Below are positions 26,824-37,542 of a stretch of DNA of 64,000 bases, one piece after another. The notes below the pieces were generated by a model. That model had not been told where the DNA came from. It saw only the letters and a list, made by a program, of their open reading frames with translations, and made no database searches. Made by a program: the position numbers and the translations under genes. This DNA is from an uncultured Pseudomonadota bacterium. Lineage in GTDB: Bacteria; Oederibacteriota; Muellerivitia; Muellerivitales; Muellerivitaceae. Position 1 is the first letter of the stretch, and each line of letters opens with the position of its first letter. Location: contig CAWJKT010000011.1 of the NCBI GenBank assembly GCA_963843375.1, forward strand, positions 32,001 through 96,000, given 5' to 3'.

Positions 26824-26876
26824 CTCAAAATCTATCGACCTCACGGTCATGTCGGTTCAAGTCCGACCTCGCACCA
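26824..26876 (+). pseudogene. 3' half of tRNA-Leu(CAA), att-like remnant
   Basis: CT-CAA-AA loop, TCTAT, variable arm GACC-tcac-GGTC, T arm GTCGG-TTCAAGT-CCGAC, CTCGC-A-CCA; 5' half absent and acceptor strand 2 nt short. Confidence 0.8.
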
Positions 26877-26976
26877 ATTTTTTTGCTTCAGAATCGTTTC
26901 TAAAAACTTCCAAAAACATTGTCCTCAGCGGATTTTAAGGCCCTTGTCCGGTTCCAAAGACCGTTCAGGAGCCTTT

Positions 26977-27525
26977 TTAGTTTGGGACGGTTAGGGAGGG
27001 TTCCGGAGGGTGACCTTTCCCCAAAAACTGATCCAAAAATATGTTAGCTTTGGAAATCAGATTTGGGAGGAAAAAATGGCAAAGAAACGGTTTTTGTCCG
27101 AACAGGTTGAAGAAGGAACGGGGTCCGCCCACGGGGCATTTCATCTTATCCAACTCCGCGTCCGCCAAAGTCTGGGCCTCATTATTCAGGGCCGTGAAGT
27201 CATATTTGGAGCAGGGTACTCCGACTTGGGAAAGCTCCACTTCCACTTGGCGACGGTCATCGCAAGGTGCCGACGTCCCTTTGTATTGTGGCGCGATCCC
27301 AGTGATTCGGCGGGCGACGGGCGTGGACTTGGGCGGCTCGGTGCCGATGGAACCTTTTTCCATTACCGGCGTGACCGTGGGAGTATCAGTGGGCGGGTTC
27401 GCTTGCTGTTTCTCCCCCTTGTCCTGGCAGGAAAGGCCGACTAACGTTCCCATTCCAAACGACATCAAGAGAGTAATGATTTGAAGAGGGTTATGTATTC
27501 TCAGACGTTGGGAAGCCAATCTCAT
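26977..27525 (-). CDS. putative lipoprotein, C-terminus possibly truncated or chimeric
   Basis: SD AAGGAG, lipobox-like VGLSC, Pro/Thr linker and Cys-containing domain; composition changes after CPVGGP. Confidence 0.45.
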   Translation of the reverse strand: MRLASQRLRIHNPLQIITLLMSFGMGTLVGLSCQDKGEKQQANPPTDTPTVTPVMEKGSIGTEPPKSTPVARRITGIAPQYKGTSAPCDDRRQVEVELSQVGVPCSKYDFTALNNEAQTLADAELDKMKCPVGGPRSFFNLFGQKPFLCHFFLPNLISKANIFLDQFLGKGHPPEPSLTVPN

Positions 27526-27633
27526 AAACCACTCCTTTATAGACCGAACTTTAAATACGGCGGTATTGTTAAGGGGGATTCGTCTGCCTGGACAAGGCGG
27601 GAAATGTTATGATGATGTAACTCTTTTGACCGG

Positions 27634-28297
27634 ATGACACCTCCAACCATGAAGAAAAACTCCATCGCCCACCTGCGCCGCGAATACCGAAACCGCGGGC
27701 TCCTCGAGAAAGACGCGCCTTCCAATCCTTATATACTTTTTGAAAAGTGGTTCAAGGAAGCCTTGAAAGTGAAGGCCTTGGACGCCAATGCCATGGCCCT
27801 GGCCACCGTTTCATCGGCGGGAAAACCTTCATTACGGACCGTACTTTTAAAGGGTTATGATTCCAAAGGTTTCGTTTTTTATACCAATTACGAAAGCCAT
27901 AAGGGCAGGGATCTGGGCGCAAGGCCGGTGGCCAGCCTGCTTTTTTTCTGGCCACAATTAAGCCGCCAAATCCGCATCGACGGGCCGGTGAAAAAGGTGC
28001 CCGATTGGGAATCGGACGAGTATTTCCAAACTCGGCCCCGGGGAAGCCAGTTGGGAGCTTGGGCTTCGAATCAAAGCCGGGTGATCGGGAACAGAGAATT
28101 CTTGGAAAAACAAATGAAAGCGCTGGAAAAAAATTATGAAAACCAATTGGTTCCCCGGCCATGCCCATTGGGGAGGGTACCGGGTGACTCCCGAAAGTAT
28201 TGAGTTTTGGAAGGGAAGACCCAACCGCTTGCATGACCGGTTGGTTTACCATAAGAAAAAGGCTGGAGGATGGAACCGAGAACGGCTTTCTCCTTGA
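27634..28297 (+). CDS. pdxH: pyridoxamine 5'-phosphate oxidase (frameshift near 28160)
   Basis: [29 protein letters not shown]; second frame continues HWGGYRV...[13 protein letters not shown]...RERLSP*. Confidence 0.9.
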
Positions 28298-28418
28298 AAG
28301 TTAATTAAACTGGGGTTGCCTTGTCTAAGACCCGGCTATTTGCCGGGCAGCATCGGAGGCCATTGGGTCATCAGCACACCAAGGCAGGTGCCTGGCAATG
28401 AAAGCAATTTAGGAAAAT

Positions 28419-30998
28419 ATGGAACAGGTTGAACAAACGCGGAAGAAAGTCATGCAGACCGCCAGTATCCTGGCGGTGCTGGTGCTTTTCTACGCCGCCT
28501 TGTGGGTCCTGCGCCGGGAAATAAGGGCCAGCCACTACGATGACGTCCTTCTCTATTTAAAGCAGATTCCCCTGCAGCCATTTTTTCATGGCTTTCGGGA
28601 TGACGATTGCTCAGCTACATGGCCCTGGGCTTTTTACGACGTATTGGGGATGTGGCACATTAAAAAACCGCTTCCTTATTACAAGATCGCCTTCACCTCT
28701 TTCATCGCCTACAGCTTCAGCCATAACATCGGGGCGGCGCTCCTCACGGGGGGCGGCATCCGCTACCGGCTTTATTCCGCCTGGGGCCTGACGGCGGGCG
28801 AGTCCGCCAACGTGCTGGTCATCTGCGGCATGACCTTTTGGGTGGGCTACCTCACCATGGGAGGGATATTCTTCTTCCTCCAACCGCCCGAGCTTCCCGC
28901 TTCCGTGCACGTTCCCTTCCACTCGGTGGACTTCGGTGGGATTGTTTTGCGTCCTGGCGATGACGGCCTATTTGCTTGAGCGCGGTTTTCGTAAAAAAAA
29001 CCATCAAGATCGTCCGGTGGCAATTTCCCACGCCCTCGGTGAGCCTGGCGTTGTCCCAAATGGCCGGCGGGATGCCTGGACTGGACCTGCTCGGGCGGCG
29101 GCGCTTTATCTTTTGCTTCCGCCCAACTCTCTTTCCTTTCCTTCCTTTCTTGCGATCTACCTCCTTGGCCCAGATGGTCGGTTTCGTCAGCCAGGTTCCG
29201 GGCGGGCTGGGGGTTTTGGAAACAGTCGTCGTCCTCCTGCTCTCGCCCATCCTTCCGGCTTCCGACGTGCTGGGCGCCATGCTGGCCTTCCGGATGGTTT
29301 ATTACCTGATCCCCTTTGTCCTGGGACTCACGTCTTTTTCCCTTTATGAGATCAACCGGAACAAGGAAGGCTTCAAGCGGGCGTTTCAAATCTTGGACCG
29401 CTTCGCGCCCGATTTCGCTCCCCATGTCTTTTCCTTTTTGGTCTTTCCTGAGCGGCACCCTGCTTCTTTTTTCCAACGCCATGCCGGAAGTCAGCCGACG
29501 CATGACATGGCTCAACGAATTCATGCCTTTGGGGCTAATGGAAAGTTCGCATTTCCTGGTGGGGCTGGTCGCGGCAGGACTGATGGTGTTGGCCCGAGGG
29601 CTTCAACAGCGCTTGCAATCGGCTTACGTTCTCACCCTGATCTTTCTGGGGTTTGGCATCCTGGGCTGTCTCTTCAAGGGCTTCGACTATCAGGAAGTCA
29701 TTACCCTGCTGGTGGTCTTGGGGTCGCTTTTGCCCTTTGGGCGCTATTTTTCCCGAAGGAATTCTATTTTCCAACAACGTTACCCGCCCCTCTGGGTGAC
29801 AGCGGTTTTGTTCGTCCTGCTGGGTTCCATTTGGAGTGGGGTCTTCAACTATCGCTATGAGGATTATTCCCCCGACCTTTGGACCACCTTCGACATCGTG
29901 GAAGACGCGGCCCGGTTCCTGCGGTCGACCCTGGCAGCCACCGCCACCCTCCTGGTTTTTTCCATCGTGAGCCTTTTGTCGCCCAACCAGCAGGAAACTG
30001 AAATTCCTGGAGGGGCTGAATTGGGCCGGGCCTTGGCAGTCATCCGAAAATCACGGCGGGCTTCGGCGGCCCTGGCCCTGGCGGGGGATAAGGCCCTGCT
30101 TTTCAACAAAAAAGAGGACGCTTTCCTCATGTACGCCATTGAGGGCAAATGTTGGGTCGCCCTGGGCGACCCCGTGGGCGAGGAAAAGGATAGGGAAGAT
30201 TTGGCCATCCGCTTCAAGGATATGTGCCACCGCAAAAACGCCTGGGCTCTTTTTTACCTGGTGGACCAGCAGCATTTCCAACTTTACCTGGATATGGGAC
30301 TGACGGTGATGAAGGCAGGGGAGGAGGCAAGGGTAGCGCTCAAAGGTTTTCACCTGGAAAACCTCGCGTCGGCAGACTTGAAAAACACCTATCAGCGGTT
30401 TAAGGACCAGGAAGATTACACCTTCGAGATCCATTCCGAAAAATCCTGGGGCGAGCTTTTGCCCGAGTTGAAGAAGGTTTCCGAGGACTGGTTGAGCAAG
30501 AACAAAACCCGGGAAAAGGGTTTTTCCACCGGGTTTTTCCAGGAAAGATACCTGGAGTATTTCCTCCTGGCTGTCGTTCGCAAGGAAGGAAAAATATTGG
30601 CCTTCGCCAATTTGATGCAAGGGGGTTCCGGGGAGGAAATTGCGGTGGACCTGTTGCGTTCTTCCCATGAGGCCTCGGCGGCGCTGGAAGATTACCTTCT
30701 GCTGGAACTGATGTCCTGGGCCAGCGGGAAAGGGTTCAAATGGTTCAACTTGGGTACGGCGCCGCCCCTGGATATGGAGGCAAGCCCCCTGGCGCCCTTC
30801 CAGGATAAAGTGGCGGAGATCCTCTCACCTTATGCCCATTTTTCGAAACTGCCTGAGATCCGCCAGGAAAAGGAAAGGTTCGGCCCCGAGTGGAACACAC
30901 GCTATCTGGCGGCCGCGGCCAACGTACCGCTGACCGTGGCTTTCACCAATATCCAGGCCCTGATCGCCAAGGGTAACCGGGTGAGCGTAAAGAAATGA
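28419..30998 (+). CDS. mprF: bifunctional aminoacyl-phosphatidylglycerol flippase/synthase, with several frameshifts in the 5' third
   Basis: SFSHNIG...GGGIRYRLY, SQVPGGLGVLE, FRMVYYLIP, WVALGDPVG, GEEARV, EKGFS, DLLR spread over successive frames. Confidence 0.85.
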
Positions 30999-31615
30999 GT
31001 CATGGTCCCTGCCGTATTTCCAGCCAAAATTTGATGTTTTTATTTCTCGTGGTGGCTGCCTTGATCGCGGGTTGCTCGCCGGGACGCTATGAGTTGGGGG
31101 AAAGGGGACGGGCCGCTAGTCCCGACGAGGCCATCCACAACGCCGAGGAATACCTCCACAGCCGTCCTAACTGGAAAATCGACTGTTCCCATTTCGTTCT
31201 GGCCTGCTACCACTCGCCCAGAATGAACGCCTTCCTCAACCGCCGCCGGTACCACCACAACCTGGTCTATGACATTAATTATTATCTGACCCAGCAAAAA
31301 ACCCGCCGAGCCCGAGCCGCCGACATCCAGCCAGGGGACATCCTGATTTTCAACAAGACCTACGACATCAACCACGACGGCCATATCGACGACAGGGATG
31401 TTTTCACCCACGCCGGATTAGTGGAGAGTTTCCACGATATGGTTGTGACTTATATCGACGCCTCGCAAGACCGCGTTCCCCCCCGCATCCACCGGCGGAC
31501 CTTCAGTTTTTTCGGGAAAGAACATAATGAAACCGTGGCCACGGACCCGGCCACGGGCCATAAGATCCACGCGCGAGACACTTTTTACGCGGCCTATGGG
31601 CCACCGCCGGAATAA
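30995..31615 (+). CDS. NlpC/P60-like lipoprotein
   Basis: Lipobox LIAGC; DCSHFV (catalytic Cys), QPGDILIF, THAGLV (His); ATGA overlap with mprF. Confidence 0.75.
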   Translation: MSHGPCRISSQNLMFLFLVVAALIAGCSPGRYELGERGRAASPDEAIHNAEEYLHSRPNWKIDCSHFVLACYHSPRMNAFLNRRRYHHNLVYDINYYLTQQKTRRARAADIQPGDILIFNKTYDINHDGHIDDRDVFTHAGLVESFHDMVVTYIDASQDRVPPRIHRRTFSFFGKEHNETVATDPATGHKIHARDTFYAAYGPPPE

Positions 31616-31653
31616 AATTTTGGAACCACCAAGGGAAACAAGAAGGGACGAAA

Positions 31654-31703
31654 AAGAAAGACAAAAAGTTGTTGGAAAATCCGCCCAACTTTTTGTCTTT
31701 CTT
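31654..31703. repeat. long intergenic palindrome (18-bp perfect stem)
   Basis: AAGAAAGACAAAAAGTTG-14 nt-CAACTTTTTGTCTTTCTT. Confidence 0.85.
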
Positions 31704-31743
31704 GGTGCCTTTGATGGAACTTGGTTTTCAAGAGAGGTTTTAC

Positions 31744-32208
31744 ATGTTTCATGTCGTTCTAATCGAACCCGAGATACCCTGGAATACCGGCAACATCGGG
31801 CGGACCTGCCTGGGGGCGGGAGCCGAATTGCACTTGGTGGGCCGGTTGGGATTCCACCTGGACAATCAACAGGTCCAAAGAGCGGGGCTGGATTATTGGG
31901 ATAAAGTCAAACTCCACCGGCATGACAGCTGGGAAAAATTTCTGGAAACCATTCCTTCCAAAGCGGACTTGTTTTTCTTTTCAACCAAGGGCAAGAAGGT
32001 TTATTGGGAGGCCGATTTTCCCAAGGGCGCCTACCTAATTTTTGGGAAGGAAACGGCGGGGCTGCCCAAAAAGTTCTACGAAGAATATAAGGAAAAGTTG
32101 TATCGTATCCCGCAAAAGGATGATTCCATTCGAAGCCTCAATCTTTCCACATCCGTCGGGATCGTTTTATATGAGGCCCTACGGAAGTCCACGAGGAGCT
32201 TGAAATGA
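31744..32208 (+). CDS. trmL: tRNA (cytidine/uridine(34)-2'-O)-methyltransferase
   Basis: PEIPWNTGNIGRTC, RAGLDYW, FGKETAGLP, RSLNLS. Confidence 0.95.
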   Translation: MFHVVLIEPEIPWNTGNIGRTCLGAGAELHLVGRLGFHLDNQQVQRAGLDYWDKVKLHRHDSWEKFLETIPSKADLFFFSTKGKKVYWEADFPKGAYLIFGKETAGLPKKFYEEYKEKLYRIPQKDDSIRSLNLSTSVGIVLYEALRKSTRSLK

Positions 32209-32555
32209 AAAAAGCCACTTTTTTCCAAAGGGCTATTGCCGAACTAATTGATTTTGTCGTTTTCGGGGCCTTGGGTTTCTTTCTCTTGCATCCCGGATTC
32301 ATGCTCTTATTGGTGGCTTATGAAACTTTCCTGGTTTCACAGTGGGATGGCTATACGGTTGGGAAGAAAATCATGGGATTGCGGGTGGTGACGGTAACCG
32401 GATCCCCGTTAGATGTCAAAAAGGCCTTTATCCGGGCTATCAGCAAAGTCCTCTCTTTCGCGGTTTTTTTCCTGGGTTTTATTTGGATGCTCGTGGATCC
32501 CCAATTCCAAACTTGGCACGATAAGCTGGCCGAGACCAATGTAGTGGAAGGCTAA
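32205..32555 (+). CDS. RDD family membrane protein
   Basis: RAIAELID, TVGKKIMGLRVV, QTWHDKLAETNVV. Confidence 0.9.
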   Translation: MKKATFFQRAIAELIDFVVFGALGFFLLHPGFMLLLVAYETFLVSQWDGYTVGKKIMGLRVVTVTGSPLDVKKAFIRAISKVLSFAVFFLGFIWMLVDPQFQTWHDKLAETNVVEG

Positions 32556-32599
32556 TTTTAGATGGACTGGCGGCCCAGGGAGTATTCCTGGCTTAAAGC

Positions 32600-33760
32600 C
32601 TAAAGCCCGCCTTCTTCATTTAAACCGGGGTCACCAAGGGAATTTAACCCGCCGATGGCGTAAAGGGCGTTGTTCACTGCAACCGTTTGGAAACCGGCCC
32701 GCTTGACCGGCATGGGGCATCGTGAGGTCCAAGTGTCAGAGGTCGGGTTGTAAGCGTAAACGGTGGGGAAACTAGTATCCACCGGATCGGTCACATCGCT
32801 GAAGGCGTATAAAATCCCGTTCACGACGAGTCCATTTCCCGCCCCGCCGAAAGGTACGTTGCTTTTATAAGTCCAACTGTTTGAACCGGAATTGTAAGCC
32901 GCCATCAAGCTTGTTGGGCCACTACTGGTGATTCCCCCAAAAACATAGAGGGTACCATTCAGCACCGCCACGCCTATGCCCGCAACGCCAGTCCCGAGCC
33001 CCGCAATGAGGTCGTTCCAAGTTCCGGTGGAGGGGTTGAAGGCCTCCACAACGCCTAAATAGCCGCCCTGATTGCCCGTAATGGCTGTGTTATAACCACC
33101 GATCACATAAATGATACCGTTGAGGACGGTCGCGCTGGCTTTGGTTCGTGGAGTGAAGCCGTCATTATTTCCATATCCCCATGAATTGGAAGAAGCTACA
33201 TAGCCTTGGACATATCCCGAAACATTCGTACCATCGTCCCCGCCAAAAAAATAAATATTGTTGTTGGAAACGGCGCAGGCTGGATATTCAACCGATGACA
33301 ACATGGAAGGAAGTTCCGTCCAAACATTCGTTCCGGGATTATAAGATTCCAAATAGCCGAGGGCCACGTCCGTGGACCCGCCGGTTTGAGGACCATCGCC
33401 GCCGCCCACATAAATGATCCCATTCGATTGCCCTATCCCAAAGCCCTGTCTTTTATCCGGCATGGAGGCTTGGGTGCTCCAAGAAATACAACTCTGAGTG
33501 GGAGTGGAGGTCGGAATTAAAGTTCCCGTGTGCGTCAAGGTAGGAGAGAAAGTTGGACTAGGCGTAAAAAGGGCCCCTGTGGGCGTTGGGGTGGTTGTGG
33601 CGATGAACCCGGGAGTGTTGGTGAAGGGTATGGGCAAGGGTGTCGTCAGAATCGGGGGGAGCGAGGAATAGGGGCCGGATGTTGTATGCGAACAAGAAGC
33701 CATAAAAACCATAAGGCCGAGGGAAAAAACCAAGAGAAAAACCGAAAGCCAAATTTTCAT
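32600..33760 (-). CDS. Kelch-repeat lipoprotein with Thr/Pro linker
   Basis: Lipobox-like MASC, TP-rich linker, repeated IYVxGG...YNP...W blades. Confidence 0.85.
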   Translation of the reverse strand: MKIWLSVFLLVFSLGLMVFMASCSHTTSGPYSSLPPILTTPLPIPFTNTPGFIATTTPTPTGALFTPSPTFSPTLTHTGTLIPTSTPTQSCISWSTQASMPDKRQGFGIGQSNGIIYVGGGDGPQTGGSTDVALGYLESYNPGTNVWTELPSMLSSVEYPACAVSNNNIYFFGGDDGTNVSGYVQGYVASSNSWGYGNNDGFTPRTKASATVLNGIIYVIGGYNTAITGNQGGYLGVVEAFNPSTGTWNDLIAGLGTGVAGIGVAVLNGTLYVFGGITSSGPTSLMAAYNSGSNSWTYKSNVPFGGAGNGLVVNGILYAFSDVTDPVDTSFPTVYAYNPTSDTWTSRCPMPVKRAGFQTVAVNNALYAIGGLNSLGDPGLNEEGGL

Positions 33761-33936
33761 GATGATTTACCTTCGATATTCCCGAGTCCAATAGGGAAAA
33801 GGCCGTTGAAAAGGGACCGTTTTTTTGTTTGGGTAAAGATTTCTATAATTATCCGTCCGTGCCTCCTAAAGGTAAAGAAGGCTTGCCCAACCTTGGGGGA
33901 CCCCCGTGTTTTTGCCCTATTGCCCATTGATTCAAA

Positions 33937-36102
33937 ATGACTTTTCCGGCAAGCTGGCGTTTCGTGAAGTTCAAGCCTCTCTTCTTCTTTGTCCTTCTTT
34001 TTGTAATCCTCGGCATGGGGTGGTGGATGGATTCTAAAAATAACACCGGTTCTTTCGAATACACCAACCGGCTTATCCACGAGAAAAGCCCCTATCTCCT
34101 CCAGCACGCCCACAACCCGGTGGATTGGTACCCCTGGGGCGAGGAAGCTTTTGAGAAATCTAAGAAAGAAAACAAGCCTATTTTCCTTTCCATCGGCTAT
34201 TCGACCTGCCATTGGTGCCACGTGATGGAGCACGAGAGCTTCGAGAACGAGACTATCGCGAAAATCATGAACGCTCATTTCGTCTGTATCAAGGTGGATC
34301 GGGAGGAACGGCCCGATGTGGACCAGATCTACATGAACGCGGTCATGGCCCTGACGGGCCAGGGCGGCTGGCCTTTGAACGTTTTTTTGACACCCGAGTT
34401 GAAACCTTTTTATGGTGGAACCTATTTCGCGCCCGACGCCCGCTATGGAAGGCCTGGGTTTCCGGTGGTGCTGGAGGATATCGCCCGGGTCTGGAAAACC
34501 CAGCCCGACCAGGTAGAAAAGGCCGGGAAACAATTGGCCGAGATGCTGAACAATCCGAACAAGGATACCTCGGGCGGTCCGATGACGGAGGCGGTTATAA
34601 AAGAAGCCCTGCAAAATCTTAAACAGGGGTTTGACCCTCACGAAGGCGGTTTCCGGGGAGCGCCCAAGTTTCCCCCTTCCATGGCCTTGCAATTCCTTTT
34701 GCGGGTTTACCAGAAAACCGCAGACAAGAATCTCTTGCCCATGGTGGAACTAACCTTGGACAAGATGGCCCAGGGCGGTATCTACGACCAGGTGGGCGGG
34801 GGCTTCTCCCGCTATTCCACCGACGACGAATGGCTGGTGCCGCATTTCGAGAAAATGCTCTACGATAACGCGCTGCTTTCCCGGGCCTATTTGGAAGCCT
34901 ATCAGGTGACGGGCCAAGAGGAATACGCACGAATAGCCCGGGAAATTTTTGCCTATCTTTTCCGGGACATGACCGACAAGGAAGGCGGTTTTTACAGCGC
35001 CGAGGACGCCGACAGCGAGGGGGTAGAAGGGAAGTTCTATGTTTGGACCCCGGCGGATTTGAAAAAAATACTTGGGGATAAGGACGGCGGGGATTTTTGC
35101 AAACTTTACGGCGTAACCGAAAAGGGCAATTTCGAGGGACATAATATTCTCCATTTAAAAGGCAGTTTGCCCGAATCCTTGAAGGTTATCTGGAAGGATG
35201 AAAGGTGGTGGGAAGGGGTGAGGGAGAAGGTGCTGGCTGATCGTTCGAAGCGCATCCGACCCCACTTGGACGACAAGATTCTCACAGCCTGGAACAGCTT
35301 GATGATTTCCTCCCTGGCTTACGGTTACCAGGTACTGGGGGACCCGCGATATTTGGAAGCCGCCGAAAAGGCCTCCGACTTCATCAATCGTAACCTTTTT
35401 AGCAATGGACGACTGTTAGCTTCCTACCGCCAGGGCCCGTCCAACGTCCAAGGCTATATCGACGACTACGCTTTCTTCCAGGAAGCCCAGCTGAATCTTT
35501 ACGAGAGCACTTTTAATCCCGCTTATTTAAGGAAAGCCATCGACCTGGAAAAGGATATGGTCCGGCTCTTCTGGGACGACAAAGCCGGGGGATACTTCTT
35601 TACGGGAAGCGACCAGAAGGACGCCCAGCGGTTATTGACCCGCACCAAAGAGGCTTATGACGGGGTTATCCCCTCGGGCAACTCGGTGGCGGCCTTGAAC
35701 GACTACCGCCTGGCGGAATTCACCAGCCAAAAGGAATATCGGGAACGGGCGGACAGCATCCTGAAAGCCTTCTCGGGCCTTCTATCAAGGGGCGCGTCCA
35801 ACTTCAGCAAGATGCTGCAGGCCTTCCAATTCGACTTTTACGGACCCGCGGAAATCTTCGTCGTGGGGCCGAAAGTCGAATCCGAAAAGACTCTCCGGCT
35901 CTTGTGGAAAGCCTACCTTCCCAACAAGGTTCTGGTCTTTGCCGAAGATAGTCTGGGGAACACTCTGGGCGCCCTCGTTCCCTGGACCCAGGGGCGCCCA
36001 AGCCAAAAGGACCAGCCGACGGTTTACGTCTGTCGAAATTTCCAATGCCAATTGCCCACGACTGATATTAAGACGGCCTTTAAACAACTTGACCAACCGT
36101 AA
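33937..36102 (+). CDS. thioredoxin-domain protein (YyaL/SSP411 family)
   Basis: [48 protein letters not shown]. Confidence 0.95.
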   Translation: MTFPASWRFVKFKPLFFFVLLFVILGMGWWMDSKNNTGSFEYTNRLIHEKSPYLLQHAHNPVDWYPWGEEAFEKSKKENKPIFLSIGYSTCHWCHVMEHESFENETIAKIMNAHFVCIKVDREERPDVDQIYMNAVMALTGQGGWPLNVFLTPELKPFYGGTYFAPDARYGRPGFPVVLEDIARVWKTQPDQVEKAGKQLAEMLNNPNKDTSGGPMTEAVIKEALQNLKQGFDPHEGGFRGAPKFPPSMALQFLLRVYQKTADKNLLPMVELTLDKMAQGGIYDQVGGGFSRYSTDDEWLVPHFEKMLYDNALLSRAYLEAYQVTGQEEYARIAREIFAYLFRDMTDKEGGFYSAEDADSEGVEGKFYVWTPADLKKILGDKDGGDFCKLYGVTEKGNFEGHNILHLKGSLPESLKVIWKDERWWEGVREKVLADRSKRIRPHLDDKILTAWNSLMISSLAYGYQVLGDPRYLEAAEKASDFINRNLFSNGRLLASYRQGPSNVQGYIDDYAFFQEAQLNLYESTFNPAYLRKAIDLEKDMVRLFWDDKAGGYFFTGSDQKDAQRLLTRTKEAYDGVIPSGNSVAALNDYRLAEFTSQKEYRERADSILKAFSGLLSRGASNFSKMLQAFQFDFYGPAEIFVVGPKVESEKTLRLLWKAYLPNKVLVFAEDSLGNTLGALVPWTQGRPSQKDQPTVYVCRNFQCQLPTTDIKTAFKQLDQP

Positions 36103-36193
36103 CCTTCAAAAAATTCCTTTGAGCCAAAAGCCTTTGACACTACTATGTCCGTTCGCGTTTTTGGAAGGTAATATTTTTATTCAAGGAGAAGAA

Positions 36194-37087
36194 ATGAAAC
36201 TTTTTTTTATTTTGATAGGGTTGCTGTTACTTGGCCCAACCGTCTGGGCTGACGATACAGCTCCGGCCGCGGATGCCGCGACGCCGGTTTCAACTCCCAG
36301 TCCCGCCCCGACACCCACCAATATCTGGAAAAAACAAGTCCTCACCAACCTGACCCTGAACCAGGCTTCTTTTAATAATTGGGCCCAAGGGGGAACCAAT
36401 ATGATTTCCTGGCAGGCCGGTTTGAACGCACGAATTGAAAACGACAATCCGGGGACCAACTGGCTCAACAGCATCAAACTTCAATATGGTTTGACTTATT
36501 CGGAAAACCAGGGAACCCAAATTTCTTCGGACAATATCGATTTAGAAAGCCTTTTTACCTTGAAGGTATGGAAGGACTTGAATCCCTATCTTTCCTTTTC
36601 CGCCCAGAGCCAGTTCGGGCCCGGTTACAACTATTCGGCCACCCCGGCGGTTGAGATCTCCGATTTCCTGGATCCCGGATATTTTACCGAGAGCGCCGGG
36701 TTTAAATACGCCCCCGCCACCATTTTCTATACCCGGGCGGGCTTGGGTGTTAAGGAAACCGTGGCCAACCAGTTTGAAATCCCCTATACGGTGAATCCAA
36801 GCACAGGCCAAACTTCCCGCGAACTTACCCAACTGGGTTTGGATTGGGTTTCGGAATTGAACGTCAACCTGCTGGACAATTCCAATTTTGATACCAAGCT
36901 GGACACTTTTTGGCCCGGTGGATCCTTGGGCCTGACGGTGGCGGAATGGGACAACCTATTGAGCTTCAAATTAAACAAAATCTTCAGTTTAAATATGGAA
37001 GATGATTTCCGGTACGACAAAGAGGTTTATAACGGGATTCAAATCAAGGAAACCCTGGGATTGGCTGTCAATTACTCACTTTTATAA
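36194..37087 (+). CDS. DUF3078-like outer-membrane beta-barrel
   Basis: Signal peptide, LNQASFNNWAQGG, amphipathic strands, ends LGLAVNYSLL. Confidence 0.75.
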   Translation: MKLFFILIGLLLLGPTVWADDTAPAADAATPVSTPSPAPTPTNIWKKQVLTNLTLNQASFNNWAQGGTNMISWQAGLNARIENDNPGTNWLNSIKLQYGLTYSENQGTQISSDNIDLESLFTLKVWKDLNPYLSFSAQSQFGPGYNYSATPAVEISDFLDPGYFTESAGFKYAPATIFYTRAGLGVKETVANQFEIPYTVNPSTGQTSRELTQLGLDWVSELNVNLLDNSNFDTKLDTFWPGGSLGLTVAEWDNLLSFKLNKIFSLNMEDDFRYDKEVYNGIQIKETLGLAVNYSLL

Positions 37088-37117
37088 GTCAAAATATTCA
37101 TTCGAAAGGAGTTTGCC

Positions 37118-37534
37118 ATGGGAATGATAAAAGAGTTTAAAGAATTCGCGGTGAAGGGAAATATGGTTGACTTGGCGGTAGGTATTATCATCGGTGGAGC
37201 TTTCGGGAAAGTGGTTTCGTCCATCGTGGCGGATGTTCTCATGCCGCCGTTGGGGTTGCTAATCGGCGGATTCAATTTCACCGACATCAAAATTAAATTA
37301 AAAGAAGCTGTTCTGGACGCCACGGGAAAACCCACCCATGACCCGGTAACCCTGAATATCGGCAATTTCATCCAATCGCTTGTTGATTTCACTATCGTCG
37401 CCTTTGCGGTATTCCTCCTGGTAAAGGCCATCAATAGCATGCATCGCAAGGCCGAGGAGGCGCCCGTGGAGGCCCCCCCGACCAAACAAGAGGAACTGTT
37501 GGCGGAAATTAGGGACTTGCTGAAGAAGAAATAG
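37118..37534 (+). CDS. mscL: large-conductance mechanosensitive channel
   Basis: [30 protein letters not shown]...[10 protein letters not shown]. Confidence 0.97.
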   Translation: MGMIKEFKEFAVKGNMVDLAVGIIIGGAFGKVVSSIVADVLMPPLGLLIGGFNFTDIKIKLKEAVLDATGKPTHDPVTLNIGNFIQSLVDFTIVAFAVFLLVKAINSMHRKAEEAPVEAPPTKQEELLAEIRDLLKKK

Positions 37535-37542
37535 AGGAGCCT

